Below are positions 13,401 to 25,400 of a DNA stretch of 64,000 nt, in pieces. The stretch is from contig CM075992.1 in the NCBI GenBank assembly GCA_038087875.1, positions 1,800,001 to 1,864,000 of the forward strand, in the 5' to 3' direction. The notes beneath the pieces were generated by a model. It had not been told where the DNA came from and searched no databases. It saw only the letters and a program-made list of their open reading frames with translations. The position numbers and the translations under genes were made by a program. The DNA is from Malacoraja senta. Its lineage: Eukaryota. Position 1 is the stretch's first letter, and every line of letters begins with the position of its first letter.

Positions 13401-16400
13401 TTAAAATTGCCTGTAATGTACAGGCAGTGAGATAAATTGGAACTAGTGTTGACGGGTGATCAAACGTCAGTGCAGTCTGAAGGACCTGTTTCCATGCTGT
13501 ATCTCGAAACTAAACTAAGGCTAAAAAAACAACTAAAAAGTGTAATAACAAATAAGGTAGAGTTAAGAGTGAGTGTATGCAGCAGCACCTTTAAAATAAT
13601 GAATTCCCACACAGAAGGCAGCGATTTCCTTACCTGTGTTGTTGGGCACTGTAAATGCAGCAGTAACAGAGGGCTGGCACACTTGAGAATGTTGAAATAA
13701 AACAAATATGGCTTATCTCTGAAAAAAGAAAGGAAAGGAAAAAAGTGAACTAAGTAGGGGCTGGAATGTCACAGCACTTGGTACAAATTATCAGTCAATA
13801 TGCTTAAAATTATTAGACTAGCAACAAATTGACTACTCGACTTGCTCCAGCACCATCACAATTACATGCTGCCTCAGATTGGTCTGCACATTCATAAAAC
13901 ATTCTCTCCCCTGCTACGTCAGTTACCGCGATACTTTCTCCATATGATCGTCCTCTCTCTGACAACTATGCTAACAATATATCTGTATTGTGAAGATCTC
14001 TTTGACAAACCAGATTTTTTTTTCTTATAAAAGTAGCTAGGGTTCAAGGACTGCCTGGGCTTATATTTTAATCTGTTTTTCTCAGGCCCAAAGATGCAAA
14101 GATATTGAACCTGGGATCTTCTAGTTTTAGACCGAAGTGCCAGCGCTCCGGCAGTTAATGGAGTTTTTGCTGCCTGGTTGCCTAACAAGTGAAAGGAAAA
14201 TAACTCACTTATTTGAGGTTCCCATTTGACCACAGAACTCCCCGCGGCTGTCGGTTGCATAGATCACTTTCCGAGGGTCTCCATGTGTCCAGGCTAAAAA
14301 AAAGGTTTTCATCAATAATCATCATGTACTGCAAAATAACTTACTTTTATTATGTAGAAGAAAGAGGACAACTGTCTACAGGGAAAGTACACACACCTGT
14401 ACAGTGAACAGCATTGGCTCATAAATCTATGAAAATCCTCATCCACTCACCACCAAAGTAACGTCACCTCCATATGCACCCTATGCTTGGTGCACAAACT
14501 ACCAAATACCCTACATAGATCTGTCACTAATATTGATGTGCACAACATCCATTTATTTTTTGATTTACCGGCTGGAAAAAAAGCTCATCAGCAATCAACA
14601 AGTTACTTTACAAAAGATATATTTGGTTTAGTTTATAGATACAGAATGGAAACAGGCCCTTCGGCCCACTGTCCAACCCTTTAGAATAAATGCTCTCACT
14701 AATTTGATTACTTATGAAGAGGTAACAGAGGAGATTGATGGGCACGGTTGAAGATGTTGTCTACATAGACTTTAATAAGACATTTGACAAGTCCTGCGTG
14801 ATGAGTTGATTCCGAAGGTTAGAGCACATGGGCTCCAAGGCAAGCTGGATCCAAACATGGTTTGGTGATAAGAGGCAGAAGGTGTTGATGGAGGGATGCT
14901 TTTCTGATCAAGAGTCAGTGACCTGTTGTGTACTGCGAGGATCGGTGCTGGGATCTTCAATGTTTGTGATACATATTAACTTAGATGTCAATGCAGGAAG
15001 TATGTTCCGTAAGTTTGCAGATGATGTCAAAAATCGGTGGTGTTGAATTCAAGGTCGGCTGCAGGAGGTGCCCCCTGGGGGCACGAAGCCTGAAGGATCA
15101 GAGAGGAGAGGGGCAGCTCGCTGGGTAACCGTACGAGGGGAAGAGGCGGTCGGTGTTTAAAAACAGAGACTGGTGGGTGCCTGGAGCATGCTGCCAGGGG
15201 CGAACATGGTGGAGGATACAATAGTGATGTTTAATCAGCCTTTGGATAAACAAATGAATATGCAAGGGATGTAGGAATATTGATCATGGAAAGCCAGTTG
15301 AAATTAGTTTATTTTGCATTCATGTTCGCCACATTGTGGGCCGAAAGGACTGTTCCAGTGTTATATTGTTCTTTGTTCTAGGGAATGACATCCATTGCGT
15401 TTCTGTTGTGGGGCTCGTACTCCTCCCATTAAATTAACTACGTCTTAGGGCTGCCAATGTCAAACCCAAATAGGGGCAGTGAGGTCCAATTCAAAATATG
15501 GGTGGTGGGGCCGGAAAACACAAAAGTAAGGATAGGTAAGACTCCCACTAGTACATCCTACAAAGTGCATCATCTGACTGTATCACTGTGGGTTTATGAA
15601 GGTGAAGAATAAGTTAATACATGTCAGCGTGAATGCACGTTTCTGAGCCGATTTTCTCAGCATCACTTGGAACTCATGACTTTCCATTCAGTCACGCCTT
15701 CAACATACACTAGTATAGACTTACCTACTAAGCCCACAATGAAGTATCCGACGATGGCCACGATGAATAGCAAGCAGCAAATAACATCAGTGCAACTCCT
15801 GTAGGCCAAAGAGCAAGAAAGGACAACTGAGGATCCAAATTGGATAGAACATAGAAAAGTACAGCACAGAAATAACCCCATCGGCCCACAATATCAATGC
15901 TGAACATGATGCCAGGATAAACTAATCTCATTTATCTGCACAAGATTCATATTCCCCCATTTCCAGCATATCCATGTTCCTATCTAAACGCCACTATCGT
16001 ATCTGCCTCTACCACCACCCTGGCAGGACATACCGGGCACCGAACCTGAAATAATAATTTTCATTATTTCCCTTTCGAGTACCACAAGGCCAGCATGGTA
16101 GCGCAACAGTGGAGTTGCTGCCTAAGTGCCAGACATGGGTTTGATCCCGACTAAGGTTGCTTGTCTGTACGGAGTTTGTACGTTCTCCCCGTGACTTGCG
16201 TAGGTTTTCTCCGAGATCTTCGGTTTCCTCCCACACTCCAAAGACGTACAAGTTTGTAGGTTAATTGGCTTGGCATAAATGTAAATTGTCCCTAGTGTGT
16301 GTAGGGTAGTGTTATTGTGCAGGGATCGCTGGTCGGTGCAGACTCGGTGGGCTGAAGGGCCTGTTTCCGCACTGTATCTCTAAACTAAACTACAAAAGGA

Positions 16401-19400
16401 ACCAATGAAAGCAGAAGGTTGGATTGACCCCGCACATCTGCTAAACCTGCTGCTCTCAGCACACATGGTACCTTTAAACATATTCTCCTTGGTTCCCTGC
16501 CCTTCGTCAGCATCAGTGAAAGTTACCAGAACGGTAGAGTGTGGATGTCAAATGGAGAAGAGTGAAGCTGGGATGCAATGCCTCAAAACCCTGTCATCAT
16601 TCACAATCAAACCTCACACGAGAAGTAGACATTTGGGCAAATACTGGAAGAAAACTGTCCCCTTTGGACTGTATTCATTTGTAGCAGCCTCGTTTCTACA
16701 GGTATTATTTGGAGGTATATCACTTTAGTTTCTTGAAGTAGAAGTTAAATTACAGATCCATTTCCATCAATACATTATATGAAGCATCGTGTATGCACTA
16801 CTGCTGCAACACTTTATACAGCTCCAAAATCACTATCCTGACACACATGTGCAAATGCAAAATCTACCGCTTAAAATTCCACACAATCTTTAATTTATCG
16901 GTAGAGAAATTGAATGCCACATTTGCTCCTACCTGTTTGCAATTGGTCCTTTGAATGATGCGTCAAATTTCTTTGGTTCTCCTATGACACAGAAAAGAAA
17001 ACAGAAAAAAAAAATGTTGATCAAATAGCAAAGCACACAACTGCTGGATATCTCATATAATAAGAGGAAGATGACTGAATGTTATTGCCTTCCCTCACAG
17101 GGGGAAACGTTGATTCCGCTGTGGAGGATGTTTATGTTAGATCCTATTGTGTATTGTGTTCTTTTTATTTGTATGGCTGTATGGCAACTCAAATCTCACT
17201 GTACCAATTGGTGCATGTGACCATAAATGTAAAGGGCCTGTCCCACTTTCACGACCTCTGCCAAGTTTGCCCTCGACTCATACTCGCAGCATGGTCGTCA
17301 TGAGATCATAGGTAGGTCGTAACAGGTTGTGATGCTAGTCGTAGGTACTCGTGGCATCAAGTAGGTCGGGGCGTTTTTTCTAGCCTGATGAAAAATGTCC
17401 ACGAGTAAAAAAGGTCGTGAATTAGGTTGTGAAAGTGGGACAGGCCCTTAGCTTGAACTTGAATAAAAATATAATTTTTTTAATCACTCAAAAAACAGTG
17501 GTAATGACTGCAAGAGAGAAAGAAAGCTTTGTTTCAGATCAAAGTTTTTTTTATCATGGGCAACAATTTTTTGAAAACGAACATAGTTAAAGTTGCAGAC
17601 AAGTGGGAGAGCTGGAGAAAACAAAGTGAATATCTGTGATAGAGACCAAATGAAAAAATGGATGTCAGAGAGAGGATAGTGAAAGCTTGTTAATGATGGC
17701 TAATCTGTCCACAGGAAGCGTGAATATCAGGAGATGACCGAGAACAGAAGGAAAACACAATAAAAAATAAACAGCACTAGATCTGTCAAATTTGAAATAA
17801 TGGAAAATATTGAAAAAGTCTAGCATAGTCTAGCCTGCATTGTGGAGAGAGGAAACGGAGCTAACATTGCAGGTTGATGATCTTATACCAGAATTAGCCT
17901 AAGAACAAAAAGCAATAGAAAAATACAAATGCTGGAAATCTGAAACAAAAACAGACACTACTCTGCAGGCGAGATAACATCAGCAGAGCGAGACAAAACA
18001 AATAGACAATAGACAATAGGTGCAGGAGTAGCCCTTCGAGCCAGCACCGCCATTCAATGAGATCATGGCTGATCATCCCCAATCAGTACCCCGTTCCTGC
18101 CTTATCTCCATATCTCCTGACTCTGCTATTTTTAAGAGCTCTCTCTTGAAAGCATCCAGAGAACCTGCCTCCACCGCCCTCCGAGGCAGAGAATCAGCAC
18201 TCAATGCTGACCAATTCCTCCAATATTATGAGAGGTCATTTGAAACTGGATGAACCAGGAGGTCTGCATTCTTCTGACAACTAGATCTCGGGCATTCAAG
18301 TCATGGCCTTACATGAAAAAGTCTAGATAAGACCTTGATAAAGCCATCAAAAAGGACTTTCACTCTAAGCTGGAGGATGAGGGGACATTCGGCAGTTATG
18401 GCAAGGCTTGCACATCATTACTTCCTACAAGGCGAAACCAGGGGGCAGCTCAAGCGACAGCAAAGCATCACTCCCAGGCGAGCTCAGTGCATTCTACACC
18501 CGCTTTGATATGGAGAACACCGATGTGCCCTCCTGGGCCCCCGTAGCATTCCAATCTCGATCCCAGAGGCTGACGTCAGAAAATCCTTCAAGGGGGTGAA
18601 CCTTCAGAAAGTATCTGACCTGTTGGTATACCTGGTTGTGTTCTTAAAATTTGCACAGACCAACTGGCTGGAGTTTTCAGGTTATCTTCAACCTTTCATT
18701 ACTGAGGTCTGAGGTTCCCACCTGCATTAAGAGGGCATCAAGAATACCGGTGCCCAAGAAGAGCAAGGGACATGCCTCAATGACTACTGACCGATGCCAC
18801 TAAAATTTGTCGTGATGAAGTGCTTTTGAGAGGTTGGTAACGGTGCACATCAACTCGTACCTCAACAAGAACCTGGACCCACTACAATTCCTACTGCCAC
18901 AACAGTTCAACGGAGGATGCGATCTCAGTGGCTCTTCACTGGACCATTTGGATAATAAAAATGTAGTCTGATAAGTTTTAAGAACTGCTAATGAATTCCT
19001 GTGCACCTTTCGGTTGCTGAATAATGGGAAGAAAGGTAATAAAATGGTGTTAAAGATGTTCAAATTATATTTATGAAAGATCCTATGACAGATCCTCCAC
19101 AAAAGAGTGTCAGTAGCATTACGCAAGCGAGTGGCAACTTTGTGCTATAGTACATAACACAACACCACACAGATAATTAAAATAATTGGCATTCTCGCTG
19201 TTGACATATAATCTTACTACAGATGCTTGGCAGTTACTTAACAAGGTGTCAATAGTTATGACAATTTAAAAAATCTACTTGAAATACACTGTGATACGGG
19301 TGCCTAGTCACACATTTAACAGTAATGAGAAAACTTGAAATACTCACTGCATGCGCTTACTGTCTTTGCGATCTACACTTTGAAAACAAGGATTTAGATG

Positions 19401-22400
19401 TTGATTTAAGAATAGAATTTCTCAATAAACTTATTTTCAGTGGATTAGCTGACGTGTTTTCCGAAGGTCTGTTTGTGCTAATTTAATGTAGTTATTACAA
19501 TGTGTAAAGGGATTTCAAGATAGCTTAAGAAGCTATCCATGAGCCAAAGTAGGGCAGAATAAACGGCTAGTTAAAGACATGTTCACTTCAGGGCAACACT
19601 TCAAAGTGATCATCTCAACTATTCTATCCCACCACCCCGCTAGTTCCTGTATTGGTACCATTTTGTGCCCATATATACTTTGTTACACGACGTGATCATC
19701 TATTCATCAACAAGATAACTATAATCGTTTATCATCCCAATGGTATGAACACAGAATAAACCTATGTCCTCTGGTCCTCGATTCACCTACTCTGGGCAAG
19801 AGACTCTGTGCATCTACCCGATCTATTCCTCTCATGATTTTATACAGATCTATAAGATCACCTCTCATCCTCCTGCGTTCCAAGGAATAGAGTCCTGGCC
19901 TACTCAACCTCTCCCTACAGCTCAGACATGGCAACATCCTCAAAACATCCAGCTCTCACTCAATCCATAACTGTCCCCAAGGGACTCTGATTTTCATCAG
20001 CTCCCACTGGTTTTCAATGCTTTGACTGTCACTGGCTGATATGAGTTACATACATGCCTGTGCCTTTTGCTCTGCATGCCAGCCAGAAAAATTACATTCA
20101 TGCTTTTTTTTGCTGTTTCTTTAAAACTTTGGAAAGAGTTAGCCCTTGACTGTGTTTATAAAAAAAACCTCAACGCACCCGCAAGTAGAATGAGTCATGT
20201 GGAAAAAATCTGCACAGCTGCAGAATAACTAAAGTGAAGCCCAGCAAGTTTAACTTGGAAAAAAACGTTTATCTAATTAGCAATTATTGCAGACAAGCTA
20301 CATTTTTTAGTAAGGCCACGCAGAATGAGTTGGTTCTTTTATAGTAAATGCCACCAGTGCTCGAGGAGGAATTTCTGACCATCGGGTCAGCAGAGCAAAG
20401 ATCACTCCCAAAAGCCAACTCATTTGTTCCCAACTCACCCATCTATTATCCTAACTGCCACTGACTGGCTCCCAACATCCCCTGTGTCCTCCCCATACAC
20501 CTCCCTCCACCCCTTCCCCTGACTGGCTGATAACATCCCCATCAACCGACTTGCTCAGGCTTATCAACTCCACATATATTTTATGTGAATACACATACTT
20601 TTGCTATATTGAGCCACAAACAAAAGCGATAAGTGGGTAGAGCTATGCAGGACAGAAACAGGCCCTCCGGCACAACTTGTTCATACTGACCGTGTTTCCT
20701 AACTGAGCTCTCCCCACCTGGCCCATATCCTTATGCACTTTTCCTATCAATGTAGCGGTCTTTTAAATGCATTTTGAAATGTCATAATTGTACCCACCTC
20801 TACCACTTCCTCTGTCAACTTGTTCCATGCACAAAATTCTCTCTCTCTAGTAAAAGCTGCCCCTCACTTCCCTTTTAAATCTTTCCCCTCTCACCTTAAA
20901 CCCATGCGCACTCATTTTAAACTTCCCTACTCTTGGAGGAAAAGACTTGGGCTATTCACATTATCTATGCCCTTTGTGATTTTATATACCTCAGCCTCCT
21001 ATACTGCAGGAAAAAATGTAGATCCAGTCTATCCAGCTTCTCCTTTTAAATGAAATCCTCCAGACCAGGTAACATCCTTGTAAATTTCTTTGTATCCTTT
21101 ACAATTTAATCATATCCTTCCCATAGCAAGGCAACCAAACTGGATATAGTACTCCAAATGTGGCCTTACTAATATTTTGGTAATGTGACACCATAACTCC
21201 TGTACTCAAAAGCAGAAAACAGTTGGAGTAACTCAGATGGTCAGGCAATATCTGTAGAAGGAAATGGACAGACGATGTTTAAGGTCAGCACCAAAGATTT
21301 ATATTTTGTTTAAGATTCCAGCATTGGGGCAGCACAGAGACACAGCAGCAGAGTTGCTGCCTTACGGTGCCAGAGACCCCAGTTTGATCCTGACTACGAA
21401 GGTACTGTCTGTACAGAGTTTGTACCTTCTCCCTGTGACTTCTCCCTTTCTCCGGGTGCTCTAATCTCCTCCACATCCCAAAGACGTACATGCTTGTAGA
21501 TTAATTGGCTTCTGTAAACTGTCTCTTGTGCATAGGACAGTGCTAGTGTACGGGTTGATCGCTAGTTGGCGTGGACACGGTGAGCGGAAGGGCCTGTTTC
21601 CATGCTGTATCCTTAAAGTTACCAATCTCTTAATCGGTTGACAAATGAAGGCAAGTATGTCAAATGCCTTTGTCTGCACTCTGTCCATCTATTCATGGAA
21701 TCAGGCACATGCCGTGAGTAATTACTCAGGGTAGGCTGTCAGTCAATAGACAACAGACAAAAGGTGCACGAGCAGGCCATTTGTCCCTTCGATCACATTC
21801 AATGTGATCATGGCTGATCATCCCCAATCAGTACCCCGTTCCTGCCTTCTCCCCATATCCCCTGACTCCGCTATTTTTAAGAGCACTATCCAGCTCTCTC
21901 TTGAAATCATCCAGAGAACCTGCCTCCACCTCCCTCCGAGGCAGAGAATTCCACAGACTCACCACTCTCTGTGAGAAAAAATGTTTCCTTGTCTCCGTTC
22001 TAAATGGCTTACTCCTTATTCTAAAACTGTGGCCCCTGGTTCTGGACTCCCCCAACATCGGGAACATGTTTCCTGCCTCTAGTGTGTCCAAGCCCTTAAC
22101 AATCTTATATGTTTCAATGAGACTCCCTCTCATCCTTCGAAACTCCAGAGTGTACAAGCCCAGCTGCTCCATTCTCTCAGCATATGACAGTCCCGCCATC
22201 CCGGGAATTAACCTTGTAAACCTATGCTGCACTCCCTCAATAACAAGGATGTTCTTCCTCAAATTATGGGACCAAAACTGCACACAATACTCCAGGTGTG
22301 GTCTCACTAGGGCTCTATACAACTGCAGTAGGACATCTTTGCTCCTATATTCGATTCCTCTTGTTATAAAGGCCAACATGCCATTCGCTTTCTTCACTGC

Positions 22401-25400
22401 CTGCTGTACCTGCATGCTTACTTTCATAGACTGATGTACAAGGACCCCCAGATCCTATTGTACTTCTCCTTTTCCCAACTTGAAGCCATTTACATAGTAG
22501 TCTGCCTTCCTGTTTTTGCTACCAAAGTGGATAACCTCACATTTATCCGCATTAAACTTCATCTGCCATGCATCTGCCCGCTCCCCCAACCTGTCCAAGT
22601 CACCCTGCATTGTCATAGCCTCCTCCTCACAGTTCACACTGCCACCCAGCTTTGGGTCATCTGCAAATTTGCTAATGTTACTTTGAATCCCTTCATCCAA
22701 ATCATTGATGTATATTGTAAATAGCTGCGGTCCCAGCACCGAGCCTTGCGGTACCCCACTAGTCACTGCCTGCTATTCTGAAAGGGACCCGTTAATCCCT
22801 ACTCTTTGTTTCCTGTCTGCCAACCACTTCTCTATCCATGCCAGTTGGATTTTAAAAAATCTTAAACCGCGCATGCACAGCTTGTTCTCTCCGTAAGCTG
22901 TCAGTCAACTTTTATAAAGTCTTCAAAAGCCAAATCTCTTAATAAAGTACCGTATTTCCCGGCAATGAAAAAGCACCCCCATTTTGAGTTGCTAAATTTT
23001 GAAAGAAGGCTGGTGGGACATAGAATTTCTTTCGCTCAAAAAAATAAATAAAATAAAGCAATTTGTCCAAGGCTTCCAAATCTCCTTCATTCTGAATTAC
23101 TGAATGGGTGGGGGGTGGAGGGTGATGGCAGGTGGAGAGATGGTGGGAAAAACGGGTGCACACCGGGACAAGTTGAATCAGTTGTGATCTTATTGAATGA
23201 CAATACTTGTTCAAGGGACCAATTGGGGGGGAGAGTTCTTTTCACAGCGTGTGGGAAGTCTGGTCAGGGGTAAAGTTGCGGGGAGGGCAGAAGCATTGAG
23301 AAGGAGGGGTCAGGGATCATGCGTGTAACTCACTCACCGCTGCTGTGGCGCTCCGGGCGCGGAACCACCACATTGTGGCCGGGGAGAAAAGCAGCTTGGG
23401 TGGCTGCGAGCGGCCGCTGGGACCGGACAGCAGAACAGGACGCCACCTCAGCGCCTTCTGCCGGCCCGCTCACCTCTGGCAGTGCTCTCGGTCTGAACAT
23501 CTCTCACCTGCCGCTCGCCGGCTTCGCTCTTGTCAGCCGCTTCCCGCAAATCCTTAAATTCCAACAGCCGAGTAACCTCAATTGGTCCCTTGATCGCGCT
23601 GTTGGAATTTAAGGATTTGCGGTAAGCGGCTGACATGAGTGAGGCCGGCGAGTGGCAGGAGAGAGGTTTTCAGATGGAGAGCACTGACAGAGGTGAGCGG
23701 GGGCCGGCAGAAGGAGCTGAGGTGGTCCCGGCGGCCGCTCGCAGCCACCCGAGCTACTTCTCCACCTGGCCAGAATGTGGTGGCTCCGCGCACATAGCTT
23801 CGCGGCAAGTGAGTTGCTGGCATGATCCCCGACCCCCTCCTTCTCAACGCTCCTGCCCTCCCCGCAACTTTACCCCGGGCCAGACTCCCCACAACCTGTG
23901 AAAGGAACTCTCCCCACCTCAGCGGCGCTGTCCTTTTACAGCCGCTTCCCATCAGCTGCCAGCAATGAGGGATAGACTTAGCTATCCCTCAGCACAACAA
24001 CATCGTCCTTGATATTGCTGTACTGAGGGATAGCCAAGTCTATCTTTCTTGGCTAACAACCTCCCAACTTCGGCTTCCAAGACACATGTAAATTTTCGTG
24101 CCTTATTTTTGGGTAAAAAAATAGCGTCTTCATTGCCGGGAAATACGGTATTTAAAAACATATAACACCAAGAAATTTACTTACCACATCATTTGTACAT
24201 GAACTCCATTCTTCTCTCTTTGTTTCTTAAGATACTCTTAAGATAATGGCAATCCATGTTTGAAAACCCCGCCAAGAAACTTGCGCTGCGCAGTACTGCA
24301 AAGGCAGAATTTCAGCTGCCTTCAGTACCCTGGAACGTCAGCTGCACAGACGTGTTACATGTACTGCGGATGAAAGGCATGGGAGAATTATGCCTACCTT
24401 AGAGATCGATCTCTTAGGTAGGCATTATTCTCCCATGCCTTTGCTATTTATATTTAATATTACCATTTTATTATTTTAGTCAGGGTAGGCAGTGCCTACC
24501 TTGCCTACCCTGACGGCACGTGCCTGCATGAAATAGTACCACATTCATGGAATTTAGTACCTACACCCCTCGATACTTGCTGAAGCTAAGCAACTAGAAA
24601 GCAAGTCTCTCAAAAAGAGCATAACACAAATGAGGAAACTTCCCAACTCAAGGGGCGTGGCCATTCTCTCCACAGATGTTGCCTGATATGCCGAGTTCCC
24701 CCAGCACTGTGTGTTTTGCTCAAGATTACAACATCTGAATCAACCAAAAAGGGGTTTTTATATGGTTCAATATATTATAGAGGACAAAAGGAGTTTTAAT
24801 AATTTCTGAATTTTAATAATTTCTGAATTTATAATGGCACAGCATCTTTTAGCTCGAGTCAAGCAAGAACGATCATGACTGGATTTACTTCCTCTGTGAC
24901 ATAGATGCCACAGGATGCGGCATGATCAATTATAGAAAATAAAACCAAAAATACCAGAACATCCTGCAGCTTATTCAAATGTAAATTCTCTACACCTGGA
25001 ATGATCTTTTGTTTTTACAAGCACCACCTGGTCTATGTATTTTTTTTAAATATTAGGGGTGGAAGTTGGTCTGGGCATAGTGGGAGCTGGGAATATTATT
25101 CTTTAAAAAGTGGCCTAATTAACAGTAGCTTACAATTGCATCTTCTACCCTCTTTTGTTGAAAACATTACTGCTTTGCAAAGAACAGCTACATCACCACA
25201 GGAAACTGTTTAGTGCCAAGTTCCACTCTGCTTGTTTGCAAGTACTCGGGTGACTTATTTTAAACCTAAGGCAACCTCACCTAAAATCAAACTCTGGAGA
25301 GATGGAATGGGTGACATTTTGGGTCGAGACCCTTCTTCAGACTTTTAGTTTTCAGCCTATCACTTTTAGTGGTTCACTCTGAGAAGATAGGAATTGTTTC

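Larger units (their letters stand above)
21702..24526. mobile_element. Non-autonomous hAT transposon carrying nested CR1 and Tc2-like insertions
   Basis: TIR CAGGCACATGCCGT / ACGGCACGTGCCTG; 8-bp TSD CATGGAAT / CATGAAAT; TGCCTAC subterminal repeats. Confidence 0.8.

Noticed and set aside
20433..20442. ATG G|GTGAGT as an alternative first exon
   Set aside because: Too short to distinguish from chance; lies in repeat-like sequence with no promoter evidence.
21901..22724. Plus-strand ORFs of 177 and 96 aa
   Set aside because: Antisense shadows of the CR1 ORF2.
24185..24258. ATG-initiated exon with a GTAAGT donor as an alternative slc44a2 first exon
   Set aside because: In-frame TGA before the donor, and it lies within the hAT element.
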